Shown one piece after another: positions 24,501-39,500 of a DNA stretch of 64,000 nt (its first letter is position 1; each line of letters starts with the position of its first letter). The notes under the pieces are model-generated. The model saw only the letters and a list, made by a program, of their open reading frames with translations. It did not search any database and was not told where the DNA came from. This stretch comes from Camelus ferus (Eukaryota), in NCBI RefSeq assembly GCF_009834535.1, contig NC_045696.1, forward strand, positions 4,094,001-4,158,000, read 5' to 3'. The position numbers and the translations under genes were made by a program.

Positions 24501-27500
24501 GAAGAGGCTCTAGTGAAAATAGGATATGAGGTCAGACAAATCTGGGAAACGCCACGTTCAGTGGCCCCATCTCAGAAATTCACAATGCGAATGAGCCCCA
24601 CAAGGTTCTTGGAAGTTCAGCAGTGAAGATGCGCACGTCTGTTTAGAAGCGCACACCTGGAGGACACTGAGCCGGGTCAGTTTTTCCCGAGTGTGTGTGT
24701 GTGAGTGTAAGTCCCACCCTGGGTTTAGCTCTTTGCTATTCTATTTATGGTCAGCGGTAGCTCTGTCTTGCTACCTGGAAATATTTCTCTGCGTCTAGGA
24801 TTTATGCGCTCCACCAGCCAATCATTTTTTTAGAAAGGCAATCTGTTAGTCGTCGTCTCCCATTCCGTTTCCCTCAGGAAGCATCCTGCTCCTCGGAGCT
24901 TTGTTCCTTCTTAAAGGATGCCCTGAGGGACCCTCAGGGGCCGGGCACCCTGCACCCTGCAGGCTTCCCTTCCTGGCGCCCCTTCTGTGACAAACCTGCA
25001 TGCTCACCTGCTGCTGCCTTCATCCTGGGTCACCATGAACAGCAGGGACTGCGAAGGGGCGCTCTGAATAAACCTCGCCATTGGTCCAGAGTTATCTGCC
25101 GGGTCAGTGCAAACCAGTTTTAGCATCTCAGTCGGCTGAGACTCCAGCTCTAGAGGGTGGGCTTCCTCTGCACTCAGCTCCTGTGCCCTGCCCTCTGACT
25201 CCTCTGATTCGAGAGCTGTCCCCTGAAACGCAAATGGTGCTCCGGGGCTTTCGTAGTAAGTGGCCAGAGAGACCATGTCCCCCAGTGGGACTGTGTGAGG
25301 CGAGCGGCACAACCAGATCATAAAGATTCCAACGATCAATTTTAAAACTGGCCACAATCCAGCAGCACAGGTGGACTCTTCTCTGCAATCACTAAGTGGG
25401 CACCAGGCATGACCAGAGCACTGGTCCCAGAGCAGCCCCGCGACACTGACATACAGAATGAAGGCGAGAAATACAAGACAGACAGACCAGACGGGGCTGG
25501 GCATGTCTTTGCTAAGAGACCTCTCTATTTCTTACAGGAAGGAAAGAAAGACGCAGCTCAAAGCCCATTATTCAGCACTGGGGCTTGCTACTTACAGCAA
25601 TGGTTAAGTTAACTGCAGCGTGAAACTGCACTGCTCCTGTCCAGGGCATCCAGGCACTTTTTACTGCTCCTCTTCACTGTCTTTATAAAGACTTATCATT
25701 CTCAGCATTAAGTACAAGTAAAATGGGCTGGTATATCCCTATGGACAACTAACTGCAGTCAAGGCCCAGAGCCCAGAAAGGAGGGACCCCTGGAGGAGGC
25801 TGGGCTCCATGGGCTCCAGGGACGTGAGCACCGCAGAGCAGCGCCGGGAACACGACAGCAACTACGATGCTATTCGGGGCTGGATGCTGATGGCGTTATT
25901 TCACATATGTTCGATTTACCAAAAAAAGAGAGATGTTTTCTCTTTTCCACTAGGTGATGAAGAAGCAGAAGGAAAAGCTCCAGGACGAGTCTGATCAGAG
26001 AAAAGACATTTTCTAGATAATGCCTTCAAAGTTTAGTATACGAACTCACATAGAGACTAGGAGAATTTACGTAAGCCCATTCTAGCATACTCACGTGAGC
26101 TTCTGGCAATTTTTTGAGTAGACAAAATAAGATTGTTTGACATTTTTGTTTGCGTTTTTTTAGTCTTATGTTTGTAATTCATTTTTAATTTTAACAGGAA
26201 GAGATTCCTTACCGCCTTCGTACATATCAAAAAGCTGTGTTGCTATCACTTTCCCAGTCATATCTGAAAATAAAAGAAACAGTTTTCAAAAGAAGGTTCG
26301 TGGGGGCTCAGGGCACATCTGTGGCACTGCAGTTCTGAGAGTAGCTTGTCCTTTCTGTTTCTTTCCAGGAAGCATGCCTGCCTTGGGGACCCGGCCTGAA
26401 GGAGGGGACCGCCTTCCCTGGAGAGGGGTCCCCGATGAGGTGGTGGTGCGGGTCAGGAAGGCAGCGCTCGCCAGCTGCACAGAGAATCCCTCCCATCTGC
26501 CTCCAGACACACTGGGTCTCACGCTCCTTCCCGGCACAACTGCCTCTTCCCACAAACACCAGAGACCCCTCTCAGTCCTTCCCACAAACACCAGAGACCC
26601 CGCTCAGTCCGTTCCACCTTGCACTGTAGCTTTTCCTGCCGGATTATTGGATCGGGCACGTTTTTCCTGGGTTCCTGCAGCCCCGCTGTCACTGGACTAT
26701 GTGTCAGCTTGTTCACAGGGGCAGACACCACGGGAAGTCCTTTTCCCAAATCTGCTACAGTTCTTACTGTCGGGGCCCCAGTGGTGACAGGTGTTTTTTC
26801 CAGCAGAGGCCCTAGTTGTCACCTTTTATCAGACAAAGGTAGGAACTGGCTGGTGGTGTCACCCTCCGCTGGGCCATCAGGAGTCAGAGCAAACACGAGG
26901 CCCAAGGCCAGGGTGTCTGTGCGCCCAGGTCTGCTGGTCTGGTTCTAGCCCTGACTTCTGCAGGTCCTTCTTTGTTCTTTTAAAAATCAGTTTATATTGG
27001 ATTTCAGGGTTTTTTGTTTTTTTTTTTTTTTGTAGGAACCACAAGTAATCTGTAAAGTGAGGCATTATAAAAACAGTTAAATCTATACTTTTAAAATGCA
27101 TTAAAATAGAAATCTAGGCTAGGTTGTGTGCAAAAATCATTGAAAAAAACCCCAAAACCCAAGGTACATTTGAATAGCCAATCCCAGAGCTTTAAAGAAG
27201 TTTTAAAGAAAACACTGAGTAACTTACAGTTGACAATAGCAATGTATATTCCTCTTGCAACATTTGCAGTCTTTTCTCCTATGAGCCTGAAAGGTAAATA
27301 AGCATTAGTCAAAGAGCTCCTTTCTTATCAAGCAGTGAGAGGCCCTCCCGGCTCCCGTTTCCTCGTAGATATAAAATGGCCTTGACCAGCTCCCTTGAAA
27401 GCCACCCTCACACTTGCCCCACACACATCCATCCCCAAGTCTCTACCGACCCAGTCGCTTCGGGAACCTGGGAACTGCATTTAGTCTTCTAAGGCATACA

Positions 27501-30500
27501 AATGGCCCAGGGGAGGAAACACCGATTGGTTTAGCACAGGCTCTTGGCAGACATTCTTTCACTGAATCCTCAGCAACCTCATGGGTGGACCTTCATTTTC
27601 CCATCTTGTAAATATGGAGTAAACAAGAAGCAGCCTGGGTCAGGAGTGAGGAAGCCAGGAGGCGCGTGTGTGCACGCACCCACACACACCCACACACCCC
27701 CCCACATGGTTGCTTTAACAGTCTGACAAAAGCTTATTAGACTGTGAACAAGGACATTAGGAGTGGGGAGAGAAGAGGGCAGAGGAAAGAGATGTTGAAG
27801 GTATGTAATTGCTGGGCTTTGACCATGGATGGGATGGGAGAGACATAGGAGGTGGGGGTGACAAATATGACTGACACATTCAGCCTGGCCGACTGGGAAA
27901 AAACGAGCCACAAGAGGTGGGATGTGATCCAACTCCGGTGTCAGCTTCTATGTGTCCTCTCCCCACCGGTGCTCTGCACGAGGTTCTGCTGACTCGTGGA
28001 GATCCTTCCTCCAACCACAAAGTGCAACCCCATCCATCTCCTTCCATAAATCCCCTATACTGCTTCACTTAATGTTTACTTTTAAACTGGAGAAGATGAA
28101 ACATCAGTTTCCAGGGAATTGTGCCCTAAAACCAGGAAAGAAAAGCCACCTTCCTGGAAGTGCGAACTGTCACTGAGGATCTCGGGAACTTTGCGTGTGT
28201 GCGCCTCGATCTGTGTGCACGCATCCTCTGTCAAGTTTCAGAATCAGCGAAGCTGTTGTGCAGACATTTATAAACTGATTCTAAAATTCACACGCAAATA
28301 GAAATACTCTAGAGTAGTAAAAATAATTTTGAAAAAAAGAACAAATTTGAAGAAATTGTGTTATCGAACTTTAAGATGTACTGTAAAGCCGGAGTTATCA
28401 GGAAGTTAACTGCATGTAGCGACAAGACAGACAAACAGAAAGATAGGAGAGATGGAGAGACCAGAATTAGGTACACACACGTATGGTCACTTGATTTTCC
28501 CCAGTGGTACAAAGAGAATTCAGGAGAAAAAGACAGTATTATGACCAAATGTGCTGGAACAACTCTCTAGCCATGTTTTTTAAATGACTACAATCCATAT
28601 TTTATACCATTTGCAAAAATCAGCTTAATTAAAATGGATATATTGTATTATATAAAATGAAAAACCTAAAACTATTAAAAGTCCAGAAGTTTGGAAGAGA
28701 CTTGGCAGAGTTTTGGAGAAATTTTTTGTGACGGTGGGTTAGACAAAAAGCTCTTAGATATGACACAAAACATATGCTTCATTAAAGAAAAAAACCTGAT
28801 AAATTGGATTTCATTAAAATTAAGAATTTCTGCTTCTTGAGAAACACCGTTAAGAGAAGGAGATGTGGGGTGGCGCTCTTTGAAGTCCATAAAACCCCAA
28901 GCCCCAGCTCCCGGACCGCTCCTCATGCCCACATTCTTGATAAAGAGCAGTTTTCCTTGGCATGTATTTGCCCTGGCAGAACTAACCTCCCTGGAAATGG
29001 CTAGTCTCACAACAACCCGGGCAGACAGGCCTCATCCTGTCCTTACCAGAGTCATGAATCCCAGTACTGAGAAGAGCCCCTGACAAGTCTTACCTGCTCA
29101 CAGCCAGTCAGGTCCCTGTGCACGGGCTGAGCACGCAGCTCCCCACCCCTTGTGTACACAGCCCTGTCCCTAATAAAAGACCCTGCACGTCCGCCCTCGG
29201 CGCTTACCTGGGTACCTCTCATCTGTGCGGCCCGCTGTTGCTTTTAGCAGCCTATCTATGAAACTTTTCCTTTATTTCTCAAACTTTTCTTTGTCTTTCA
29301 TAAATCCTTTTACCACCCGCGACACTGGCCTGCCGTGTCCCCCAACAAAGAACATGTGCCACAAGCTGGGAGAAGTTATATGCAAATCATATAATTAAGA
29401 AAGAACTTGAATACAAAATATGTGAAGAAACCTCACAATTAATAATAAGAAAACAACCCAGTAAAAAAGGGACAGATTTGAACAGGCACTCCACAAAATG
29501 AGATACACATCCAGCAAATAAACACATGGAAAGAGGCTCAGCACCGTTAGTCATGAGGGAACGCAAATTAAAACCGCAGGCAGATACCACTGCACACCTA
29601 TTAGAATGTCCAGAATTAGGAAGACCGACCACACCAAGCACCGGTCAACAGAGTGGCAGATAAACTGAAGCTCTCACACACTGATGCGGGTGGAAAAGGG
29701 TGCAGCCGCTCTGCTTTCAACGCTAAATACTTCGCCCCGCTCTATGCTGCTCGCGTGGCTTTTGAAGAAAAGCCCAAAATATTTCTCACCCTTGTTCCTT
29801 TAAGGGAAAGTCCTCCCCTCTGCCCACTTCTTTCAAGATTTTCCCTTTGTCTTTAATCTTGTCTGGTTTGGATACGATTTACTTAGGAGTGCATTTTGGG
29901 GTGTTTATCCTGCTTGGTGTTCTCTCAGCTTCCTGCATTGGTGGTTTGGTTTCTGTCAATAATTCTGAAAAATTCTCAGCAATATTACTTACAATATTTC
30001 TGTTCCTTTCTCTCTTCCTTCTGGTACTCCTGTTACACATTACACCTGCTGTAGTCATCTTACAGTTCTTGGATATTCTGGGGGTTTTTTCAGGGCTTTT
30101 TTAAATCCTTTTTTTTTTCTTCCTCTTCTTTTCATTTGGGAATTTTTACTGACATATCCTCAAGCTCATGGATCCCTTCCTTGGTTGTGTCTAGCCTGCA
30201 GCACAGGAGTTCTTCATTTCTGTCATAGGGTTTGTAATTCCTACCGTTTCCTTTTGATTATGTCTTAGGGTTTCTATCTCTCTGCTTACATCACCCATTT
30301 GTCCTTGTATTTTGTCCACTTTTTCTATTACAGCCCTTAGCATATTAATCATAGTTGTTTTAAATTCCAGGGATGCTAATTCAAAAATCTCTGCCATATT
30401 TGAGTCAGTTTCTGATGCATGCCCTGCCTCTTCAAACTGTGTGTGGTTTTTTTTATTTGTTTGTTTGTTTTACTTTTAGATCCTTTGTTACTTGTTGTTG

Positions 30501-33500
30501 GAAGCCAGATGCAGTGTACTCTGTAAAGGCAGCCAAGGCGCACAGGTATTTCGCATGAACTATGTTCATCTGGCTAGGAGTGCGGCTGGGTTTACTGCTG
30601 CTGTAGGTGTCAGAGCTAACACTTCTCCCCTCTGTCGTGGGTACCCCTATAGACTCTTTTACACTGGGCTTGAGCATTTCAGTTATTTTCAGCTGCAATC
30701 CCTTGTTATGTTACAAGAGCCCTATTTAGGTGGTGGTGAGATGTGGGGGTGAGGCAGTATTCTATAGCCCTGTGATTGGGTCTCAGTCCTTTAGTGATCC
30801 TTTGCCCCTGGGCTGTGGGCTTCACAACTGGTTTTATTTTTAACTTCACTCTTTAGGTGAAGCAGGAAGGTCAGAGGTGCCCGGAGTTGAGGATCTCCCT
30901 CCCCCAGGTTGGTTAGTCTTTGGTGAAATCTACATGGGTTTGACTCTGGTAAAACGGTTTCCCTTAAAGGCAGCCCATGGTTAAGGAGAACAGGACATGT
31001 GGGCATATTTCAAAATGTCTACTTTTCCATTCCCACTGCCAGAAGCAGGAGGGGATGTTTCTTTCCTCTTTACTCTGAAAGCCTGGTAGGGCTCCTGGAG
31101 GAAAAACTCAGAGAAGCATGGGGCTCCTCTAAGGCTTGGCCTCCAGAAGTGAATCTCTCCAGCTCGTCCAAGTTCAGTCTCCAGCAAGCAGTCAACTACC
31201 CGTTAGGGGTTCCTGCCCGATGCTGGGTCCAGCTGAGCTTGCTGCTCCAGGAAAGCTGTGAGTCTCTGAATCTGCTTGTCTCTCCAGTTTGCAGGGCGGT
31301 GGTTTGTCCCATTACCTCAATGCTCAGTGCTCTTGTCTGTATGCATTTTTTAATATACAGCATAATTTGGGGTTAGTGTGCTGTGATCTAATCTAAGGAT
31401 TATCTTCTTGGCGGTTCACAGGACACCTACTAATACATGAGATAGATTTGTCCCTGGTGATACCTTCACACTTGGGTTGCTTTCTGGTTTTGTTGCTTTT
31501 TACATTTTTTAATTTTTGCTTTCACTCCATGGTGTGTATTTTCTTTGCTTTGTTAAAGGTCTTATATTAACTAAGACATAAGCATATTTAAAAATGCCAT
31601 CTAAAGAATGAAAAAACAAAATGTGGAGAACATTTTTACAACACAAAAGGGCTAACTACCTTAATATTTAAAGACTCTTATAAATCAATTTAAAGAGAAA
31701 ATGAAAAATGAATATATGTATGCTCATATATGACTGAAGCATTGTGCTGCACACCAGAAATTGACACAACATTGTGAACTGACTATAATTCAATAAAAAT
31801 ATATATAAAAAAAGACAAGCACAAATTAAAAAAATATCTTATAAATCAATTTTTTAAAAAGGCCAATGACAGAAAAAAAAGATGGGCAAGAGATATAAAC
31901 AGATCACAGAAAATAAATATAGTCATTCTTCAGTCCCTGCGGGAGACTGGTTTCTGGACCTGCCGCGGATACCCAGCTCCACGGATGCTCCAGTCCCAGA
32001 GTCGGCCCCCACATCTGTGAGAGCTGCAGCCGTGCAGTCAACCAACCACAGACCATAAACACAGTACAGGATCCGCGGTTGGCTGAATCCACGGATGTGG
32101 AACCCGGGGAAAAGGAGGGCCGACAAGATCACCTTCCTTAGCATGAAGAGATCCTAGATTCACTCAGCAGGAGCCAGAAGAGTAAAAAACAAATCCGAGA
32201 CTAACTTTCTTCTCCCGGAGTGGCAAAAATCCAAATATTAGTCATCATGCCATGGGAGAGTCATTCTCGTGTTAATCTGAGGCCTCTGACAAGCAGACAC
32301 CCACACAGGATGAAGCGCATTAGAATCTGTATTAGGGGAAACACCTACAAGATGATGACGGGGGCTGGGTTGAGCAGGGAGAGTTGTCAGACCATGACGA
32401 GGGGGAAGGGAAGGAAAAAGCCGGGGTGCACGTGCCCGAGGCAGCGGAGCAGGCTCGGGGCGCTCGGCAAGGCCCCTGGGCCTCCTGGAGCCCAAACTGG
32501 CCTTCAGCTGAGACTTCAGCCCCAGGAATGGGGCTGCCGGGTGCCTCTAGGCTCTGACAAGGATTCTCTCCTTGACCAAACTCTACTCAGGCTCCCCCTG
32601 AGCTCTTTGACTTGCTCATATCTGCAGGGTCAGTGCAGACGTGAAGAAAGCTGAAGTTGTGTTTAAGGTCAGAGCCAGCGGCCTGACTGCTGGATGTCCG
32701 TGTTCATCTCCGCACCGTCCAGCTTTAGCAAGGATTCTGCTGAGTCAGTTCAACCAGAACCACGCCCCCCCCACCTTTGATATCTGATCACCCTCCATGT
32801 TTAATCCATTTCCTCATCCTCCACCCATCCACCCCCTACCCATCCAGGTGGTGTCTGATCACACTGGCCCGGCTTCACCAAGAATCCTGTCAGCCGGTTT
32901 AGCGAGAATCCCTCTTAGCCCTGATGCTTCCTCTTGGCAATTTTCCATCCACTGACCTCACCCTGCTCCTTGACTATAAATTCTTGCCCGTGATGTATCT
33001 GGAGTTGAATCCAACCTCTCTCCACCTCAAGACCCCATGGCAGTGGTCCCTACACTTACTGCCACCCCCCACCCCCACACACACTCCTCCTTGAATCAAG
33101 TCTGTCTTACTATTTTCAGGAAGTGTCACAACTATTTTTTTCTTTAACCAGTTCTCAGTCACCGGCTGGGAGCAGCCCAGGGGAAGCCAGGCCTCCAGCA
33201 AACATGGTATGGGTTTCAGATTTCAGAATACAGCAGCTGGAACTCTTGGTCAGTGAACTTCCTGCGTCTAGAAACCTGACACATGCATTCTCAAGGTTAC
33301 CACCCTCAAACATTGCTGGGAGGGAGAGTCATTTCATTGCAGGCAAGGACTTCAAAATTCCAAGTGGAAATTGCTAAATGAGAAATCTATCCTCAGCCAA
33401 ACTATCAGTTAATTGTGAGGGGAGAATGAATCAATTTTAATAAACGAGAAAAATCTTTAAACATTTTATCTCTCCCAGTACCGTTTCTTAGGATGTTACT

Positions 33501-36500
33501 GGGAAATGTGCTCCAGCAAAACAAGGGGGAAGTCTCAGAAAGCGTAAGATCCTGTATCTGGGAAACAGGGGCTCCAACTCCAGAGGGGGAGACAAAAGTC
33601 ACCCCAGGATGCTGTGGAGAAGGATGTGAGGTGACAGCTGCATGGTGGCTTTGGGGCAACGTGGCTGGCAGAAGATGAAGTTGGTAAACGTCTGATGGAA
33701 GAGAAGATTTATTTTAACTCAAGGAAGGTTTAGGGGTTAAGCTGATGGAAGTTCATGGGAAACCAAGCAAGTCAACAACAAACAAACAAAATGTAATTAT
33801 TGTACACAACATACTTCAGTCGTGAAGAACCGCGGTTCACTCCTGTTAGGAAAAAATACAAACTGGAGGCCACAGTTTAAATATACCCTCAGAAGAACAT
33901 TCAGAGTCTCATAACCAGAACTTAAAACTGTCCCAACATCCTCAAAACGCTGACTCTGACCTTAAACACGACTTCAGCTTTCTTCGTGTCCGCATGACCC
34001 TGCAGTCATGAGCACTCAGCTCACGCAGCGGACGGCACAGAAGTTTCTAATGACAAAGCACTTGCTCATCCACGCTTTACAAGCTGAGCTGTGACCACTG
34101 AGAGCCAGGCTTCCTGACCGCGTTCCCGTTGGAAGTCTCCTTGCTCACCAACAGCTGGGTTCTCACTCACTAAAATACCCCTCTCAGGTAAAGCTGTCTG
34201 AATTTTATTTCCACAGGCATAATCACGTACATGCTGAATTTTGCTCAAACCACAGTGATGGTGTAACTCAAGCAGGACGATGGTAAGGAAGGGGGACAGG
34301 AACTGTGCGACAGTGGAAGAGAGCTCACTTCCCGAGGGGCAACGCAATAGGTGATGCCCAAAACGGGAAAACCAAGAGGCTGTTCAGGGATGTGGAAGTG
34401 AGTGAGTAGGGAGACTGCTGACAGCTGGAGGTGGCTGTCGCTGGGGCAGTGACGTCTGCAGGCACCCAGTTTGTGCTGGTTGCAGGAATGAAACCAATGG
34501 CGGAAAGCTGCTTGTCTTTCTGTGGAAGCCTGTCTGTTTTCTTTATACAACAATGCAATCTCTACAACACATACTTTCTGTTCCACGAGTTGCTTACAAG
34601 GAAACACGGTGCTAAACCAGCACAAGCGTCTCTTTCAGGCAGTGGGCCATGCTTATTCTTCTGTTCCTTTAACTTGCTTTTATCTGTGATTATCCTGTTT
34701 TATCTTGCACTGTATTCTGAAAAACAACTAGAATACTGTCTGGAGCAGGCAAACTGCCCTTGGGTACCACATGTTCACAGCAATAGTGAGTTGGTAGACC
34801 AGCAGTCTAAAGGAACAGCTAAGTTGGTCTACACAGCATACCCCATGTACACCAGGGTGGAATCCCGGTTGTGCCACTAATAGCTGTGTGATGAGGGGCA
34901 AGTTACTGAACCTCTGTGTGACTCCGCTTCCTTGTCTGCATCATGGGGATGGCGGTACCTACCTCAGAGGGAGTCACATGAACTTAATGTGTGAGTTAGT
35001 TTGGACCAGGTAAGTAGGATGCTTTTGTTCCCACACCATGGTCAGCAGAAGGCTGCATGCCCCATGCCGCAGTGCACGTCCCGGGCTCTGGGAGCTGAGT
35101 CTGAGCAACCCCCTTCTTTCAGCGTGATTCTGGATGAGCAACCTCGTCCCATTGTCCCTACCACCTCCCGGATCTTCCTTCCTCTTCCTCACCATGGGAT
35201 CCTGCTCAGTTTTCAAGTCCAGCCCTCACCTTGCCTCCTCCGTGGACTTCATTAACAATCCCATTCAACAGGGCATCACTTCTGAAATTCCACAGCCGCC
35301 CACGGTTCTCATAATCCATTTACTACGGACATTTGCAAAACCTGTGTTCTCACCAACTATCCCAGTGGTTCTTAATAGGCAGGGGGAGGGGAGGATTTTG
35401 CCACCCAGGGGACACATGACAATGTCTGGAGACGCGTATGGTTGTCACAGCTGGGGGGGTGTTCTATGGCATATAGTGGGTGGAGGCCAGGGATGCTGCC
35501 AACCCTGCAGTGTCCAGGGCAGCCCCCACCACACAGAATCAGCAGCCCAGAGTGTTCAGTGCTGAGGTGGAGAGCCCTGAACTGATGTCAGCCCCTCGAG
35601 GGCCGGAGCCATGGGTTCAATGCCAGGGTCCCTCCGGTGAGAGCCTCACACTCGGCAGATCATCAGTGGAGGAAGGTGTATCAGTGAGCTCCCCCGAGGA
35701 GTGAAGTGGGCCTTGGAGGAGTGATGGACCCGCGGACAGGAGAGGCTATTATTTCCACCCAATTTCCAGATGCTGACTGAGGGCTATGCCGAGACCAGGG
35801 AAGGTGTAGGAAGCTGGTTACGACATGCTCTCTGGGTGTGCTACCCTGCTCCTCGGGAGGACAAGGTAAGGGCAGAGATGGAAGGACTGGAAGATGCAGG
35901 GAGGGAAGTGCAGAAGGCGCCAAGCGCTGTGGGCAGCGACCAGCCAGCCAACAAAGGGAGCTGTGCCAGGTTGGGGGGAAAAAGGTGGGAGAGTTGGGAA
36001 GGACTTCCCACTCAGGGCCAGGAACGGCCCGCACTGCCCCTCATTTGTAGGAACTAACTCAGTCTCCGAAACGTCCTTCAGCTCGGTGGCACGGATTGCC
36101 CTGTGTTCCCTCAAAATTCAAATGTCGGCAGTTCTTACCCCTAGAACCTCAGAGTATGACCTTAGAAGAGATGATTTAGTTAAAATGAGGCTTTTTTTAA
36201 AACGGTGACCCTAATGCAACACCACTGGTGTCCTTTTTACAAGGGGAAATTTGCTCCCAGACACACACACAGCAGGGAGGCGAGGTAAAGAGACAGGTTG
36301 AGGATGGCGCCTAGGAGCCAAGGAGAGGGGCCCGGACCAGACTCTCCTTCGCAGCCTCAGAAAGAATGCAGGAGGCATGCGCTGCACGGAGAGACAGCAC
36401 CTGCTCTAAGCCGTGAGGGTGGAGGTCCAAACCAAGCTGGGGGTCAGCTGTGTCCGCTGGACTTTGGTGTTTCCATGACTTTGAAGGGAGAAAGTACAAA

Positions 36501-39500
36501 ATACATCCTGAGGTTTGTTCTAACTGCTGCCAAATGAAAGTTCCATGGGGGACACAGAACTACAGGAGATAATCTGTGTCCCCGACCCTCGCCCCTCCCA
36601 GCCCCGACAGGCAGGGTGGGCATTCTCAGGTCCCCTTGGATGCCCCCGGTCTCCGCCTGAGGTCAAGGACGTGCCTGTCTCTCCCGGGGGCAGACTCGCT
36701 GCGCGGTCGGCCTCAGAGAAGGAAGAGCAGGTGGGTGAGCTAGGCTTCCCTTCCCCGCGCTGGTACTTACATCTCATCCTCAAAGCAGATCTTGGCATAC
36801 TTGTCCCTGCCACCCCCGCTGAGCAACCGGTAGGCATAGCTGTTTGTGGGGCACGGGGTCCAGTGGTCACATTTTTGCCTTTTCGGTGCTGGCGCTGTAA
36901 CGGACAAGAGGACGAGAGTTAGCGTCACGCGGGATCTGTTAGATGGACCCCTTGCTTGAGCACACATGGCAGCTGTTCTGTCCCAGGACTTCACACCAGC
37001 AAGTCTCCGAGCAGTAGTGGGGAAAAAACTGGAAGACGGGAAGTTGTCTTAAAAGAGCAAACGTACAAATGGGAGGGGATGTTGACCAGGCGTCAGGATT
37101 TCACAAGAGCTGGGCATCGCTCCCTGGCTGATCGCCATGCCGAGACCCTTGGACTGCAGTGCACAGTGGCTGCTATTCCAATTGAGAAAGATTCCCTGGG
37201 CCTAAGAGCGCTGCGGACCAAAGAGGTAGCACGTGGAGCACCTGTTTGGCTCCCGCATTTACACAGCCTGAAACACACACACACGGTGACCGCCACCCTG
37301 GCCATGCCTGGCCCCCCCCTCCTCTCCCCCGAGCCTGAGGCTCTGAGCTTTTCTGCCTGGGCTGCTACGTCAGTGCTGGCAGGCCCGGCAGATGTTGCAC
37401 GCGGCACCCCCATTTCACGGGGGTCAGCATCTGGGGAGGGCTGGGCACCTGGCTGAGGCGCCCGGCTGGCCCTGGGCTCCCCGACATCTCCCGCTGCTGG
37501 GTGCCGCACTGCCATCCCCCACTGTCTCCCCGCACCGCAGGTGTGGCTGCCAGTCGTCACCTGCAGAGCCGGCTGTCCCGTACTGCATTCAAACTGAAAT
37601 CCTGAGTCTCCAGGAAAGAAAAAAATCAGAAAGTGAGCTCGCTTTTCCAGTTGGACGGGACGTGCTTGTTCTGTGGATCGCTGTGATTTTCTGATTAACT
37701 AGACGCACGGCTAGAGAGGGGCTGGAAGGCCCAGCTGGAGGGAATCGGACGCAGACATGGGCTGTGACGGCCAGCGAGTGCTGCAGGGGCCGAGCTGGGT
37801 GGGGGCTGAGCTTCCTGGTGGCCACGGGGAGGCGGACACCCACCCAGCCCTGGTGCCCAGGACGACACAGTTCCTCAGGCGTGTGCACCCCAACATTGTG
37901 CTTCCTCAGCCCTCCGCGTCCTCGACCTCCTCACCTGCCCCAGACCCCGACCCCCACCACTAACCTCGTGGCTCCCACCCAGCCCGCACTGCCCGCATCG
38001 CCCTGTTTTCTTTTCTTTTTTCTCAGCCCTCATCACTCTCCAGTATCTCCCAGGTTCTATTTTCACTGTACCTCCAGCACCAAGTTGGTGTGCAGCACAC
38101 GCAGCCCCTCCATCGGCGCTGTTGAACGCAAGAATGGGGTAATTTACCCCATTTACCCCAAAAACACACTAAGCGTAGTATTTGAAAATGTAACAAACAG
38201 ACTGAAAGTAGGTGTGTCCTGTTTCCTGACTTGGCAGACGTCCTGAGACTGCGTGCAGTTGGTCCCCGACGTAAGTGGTTTGACATTCCGGTGGTGCAAA
38301 AGGGACACGCATTCAGTAAAAATTGTCCTTCGAATTGTGAATTGTTACCCTCAGCCAAGCTGGTGACATGCAGGACAGTGCGCTGGTGGCTCTGCTGCAC
38401 CAGTCAGCCCCCAGATCTCAAGGGGAACCACTGACGTCACTACAGTGTTCGCTAAAGGAGACGCTCAGCCCAGTTATAAAGTCGGTTTTGTGACAAAGGA
38501 TTTTGCCCAACCGTAGGCTAACGTAGGTGCTCTGGGCACGGTTCAGGTGGGCGAAGCTAAGTCATGACGTTCAGTTGGTTAGATACCTTTTCAGCTGATA
38601 TTTTCAACTTGAGGAGGGTTTATTGGGATGTGACCCTGTCGTGAGTCAAGGAAGCTCTGCACTCAGTCTAGAGAGAACACTCTTGAAGTGGGCGCCACTC
38701 TGGTTCTCAGGCCACCTGCATTTCCCGTAACATCACTGACCCCTCCCCTGAGCAGGCACACAGACTCACTCACTGTCACGTGGACTGCCCTTGGAGAAGG
38801 GCATTATTTCCAGGCCCTCTGCCATCATCACGATGCTGCAGAAGTGCCCTGGCTACGGGATCCTCTCGACCCAGGTCCTCACTGAGCGCTGCAGACAGGT
38901 GTGCTGTGACCCGCAGGGGTGGCTGGTCTGACGCAGCCCCAGCCCCAGCCCCAGTGGAGCTTCAAGGATAAAACCATGAGAATAGCAGGTACCTCCTGAC
39001 CCCCATGGGATATGGCAGTTTGGAGACAGAATGACAGGAGATTAGCAGGGGAGGTAAGAGGGAAATCAGAAACAGTATTTTGCTTTGCTTTAAAGCCAGC
39101 TGAAAAAATAGAGGCAAACGGGGTCTGATAACGTGACGGTGCGCCGGAGAAAGGTCCCCACAGGGTGAGAGAGGCACGTGGCTTCCGAAGCCACGGCCAA
39201 GCATCACCCACGCTGCTTGTGAGCTGAACAGTTAAGAGCGGCTCACAGGTGTGACTACCCTGCCTTCGTCTTCCCCGCCACGAACCACGTGCCGTCTCCT
39301 GTGCCAGCGAAGCAGCCTGGTCAGTAAGTACGTGAAGTGACTCAGGAAGCTGAGAGACATTACACTTAGGTGAGGAATTAAACTTCCGAGCAACAGGGAA
39401 GGAGAGGGCAGCAGGGCAACGGGGTACCTCTTTGCAAAAATGTTGGGAAGATTTCGAAAATAATCTGTATTTTTTTGACTTAGCTGAAAGCTCTGCCTGC

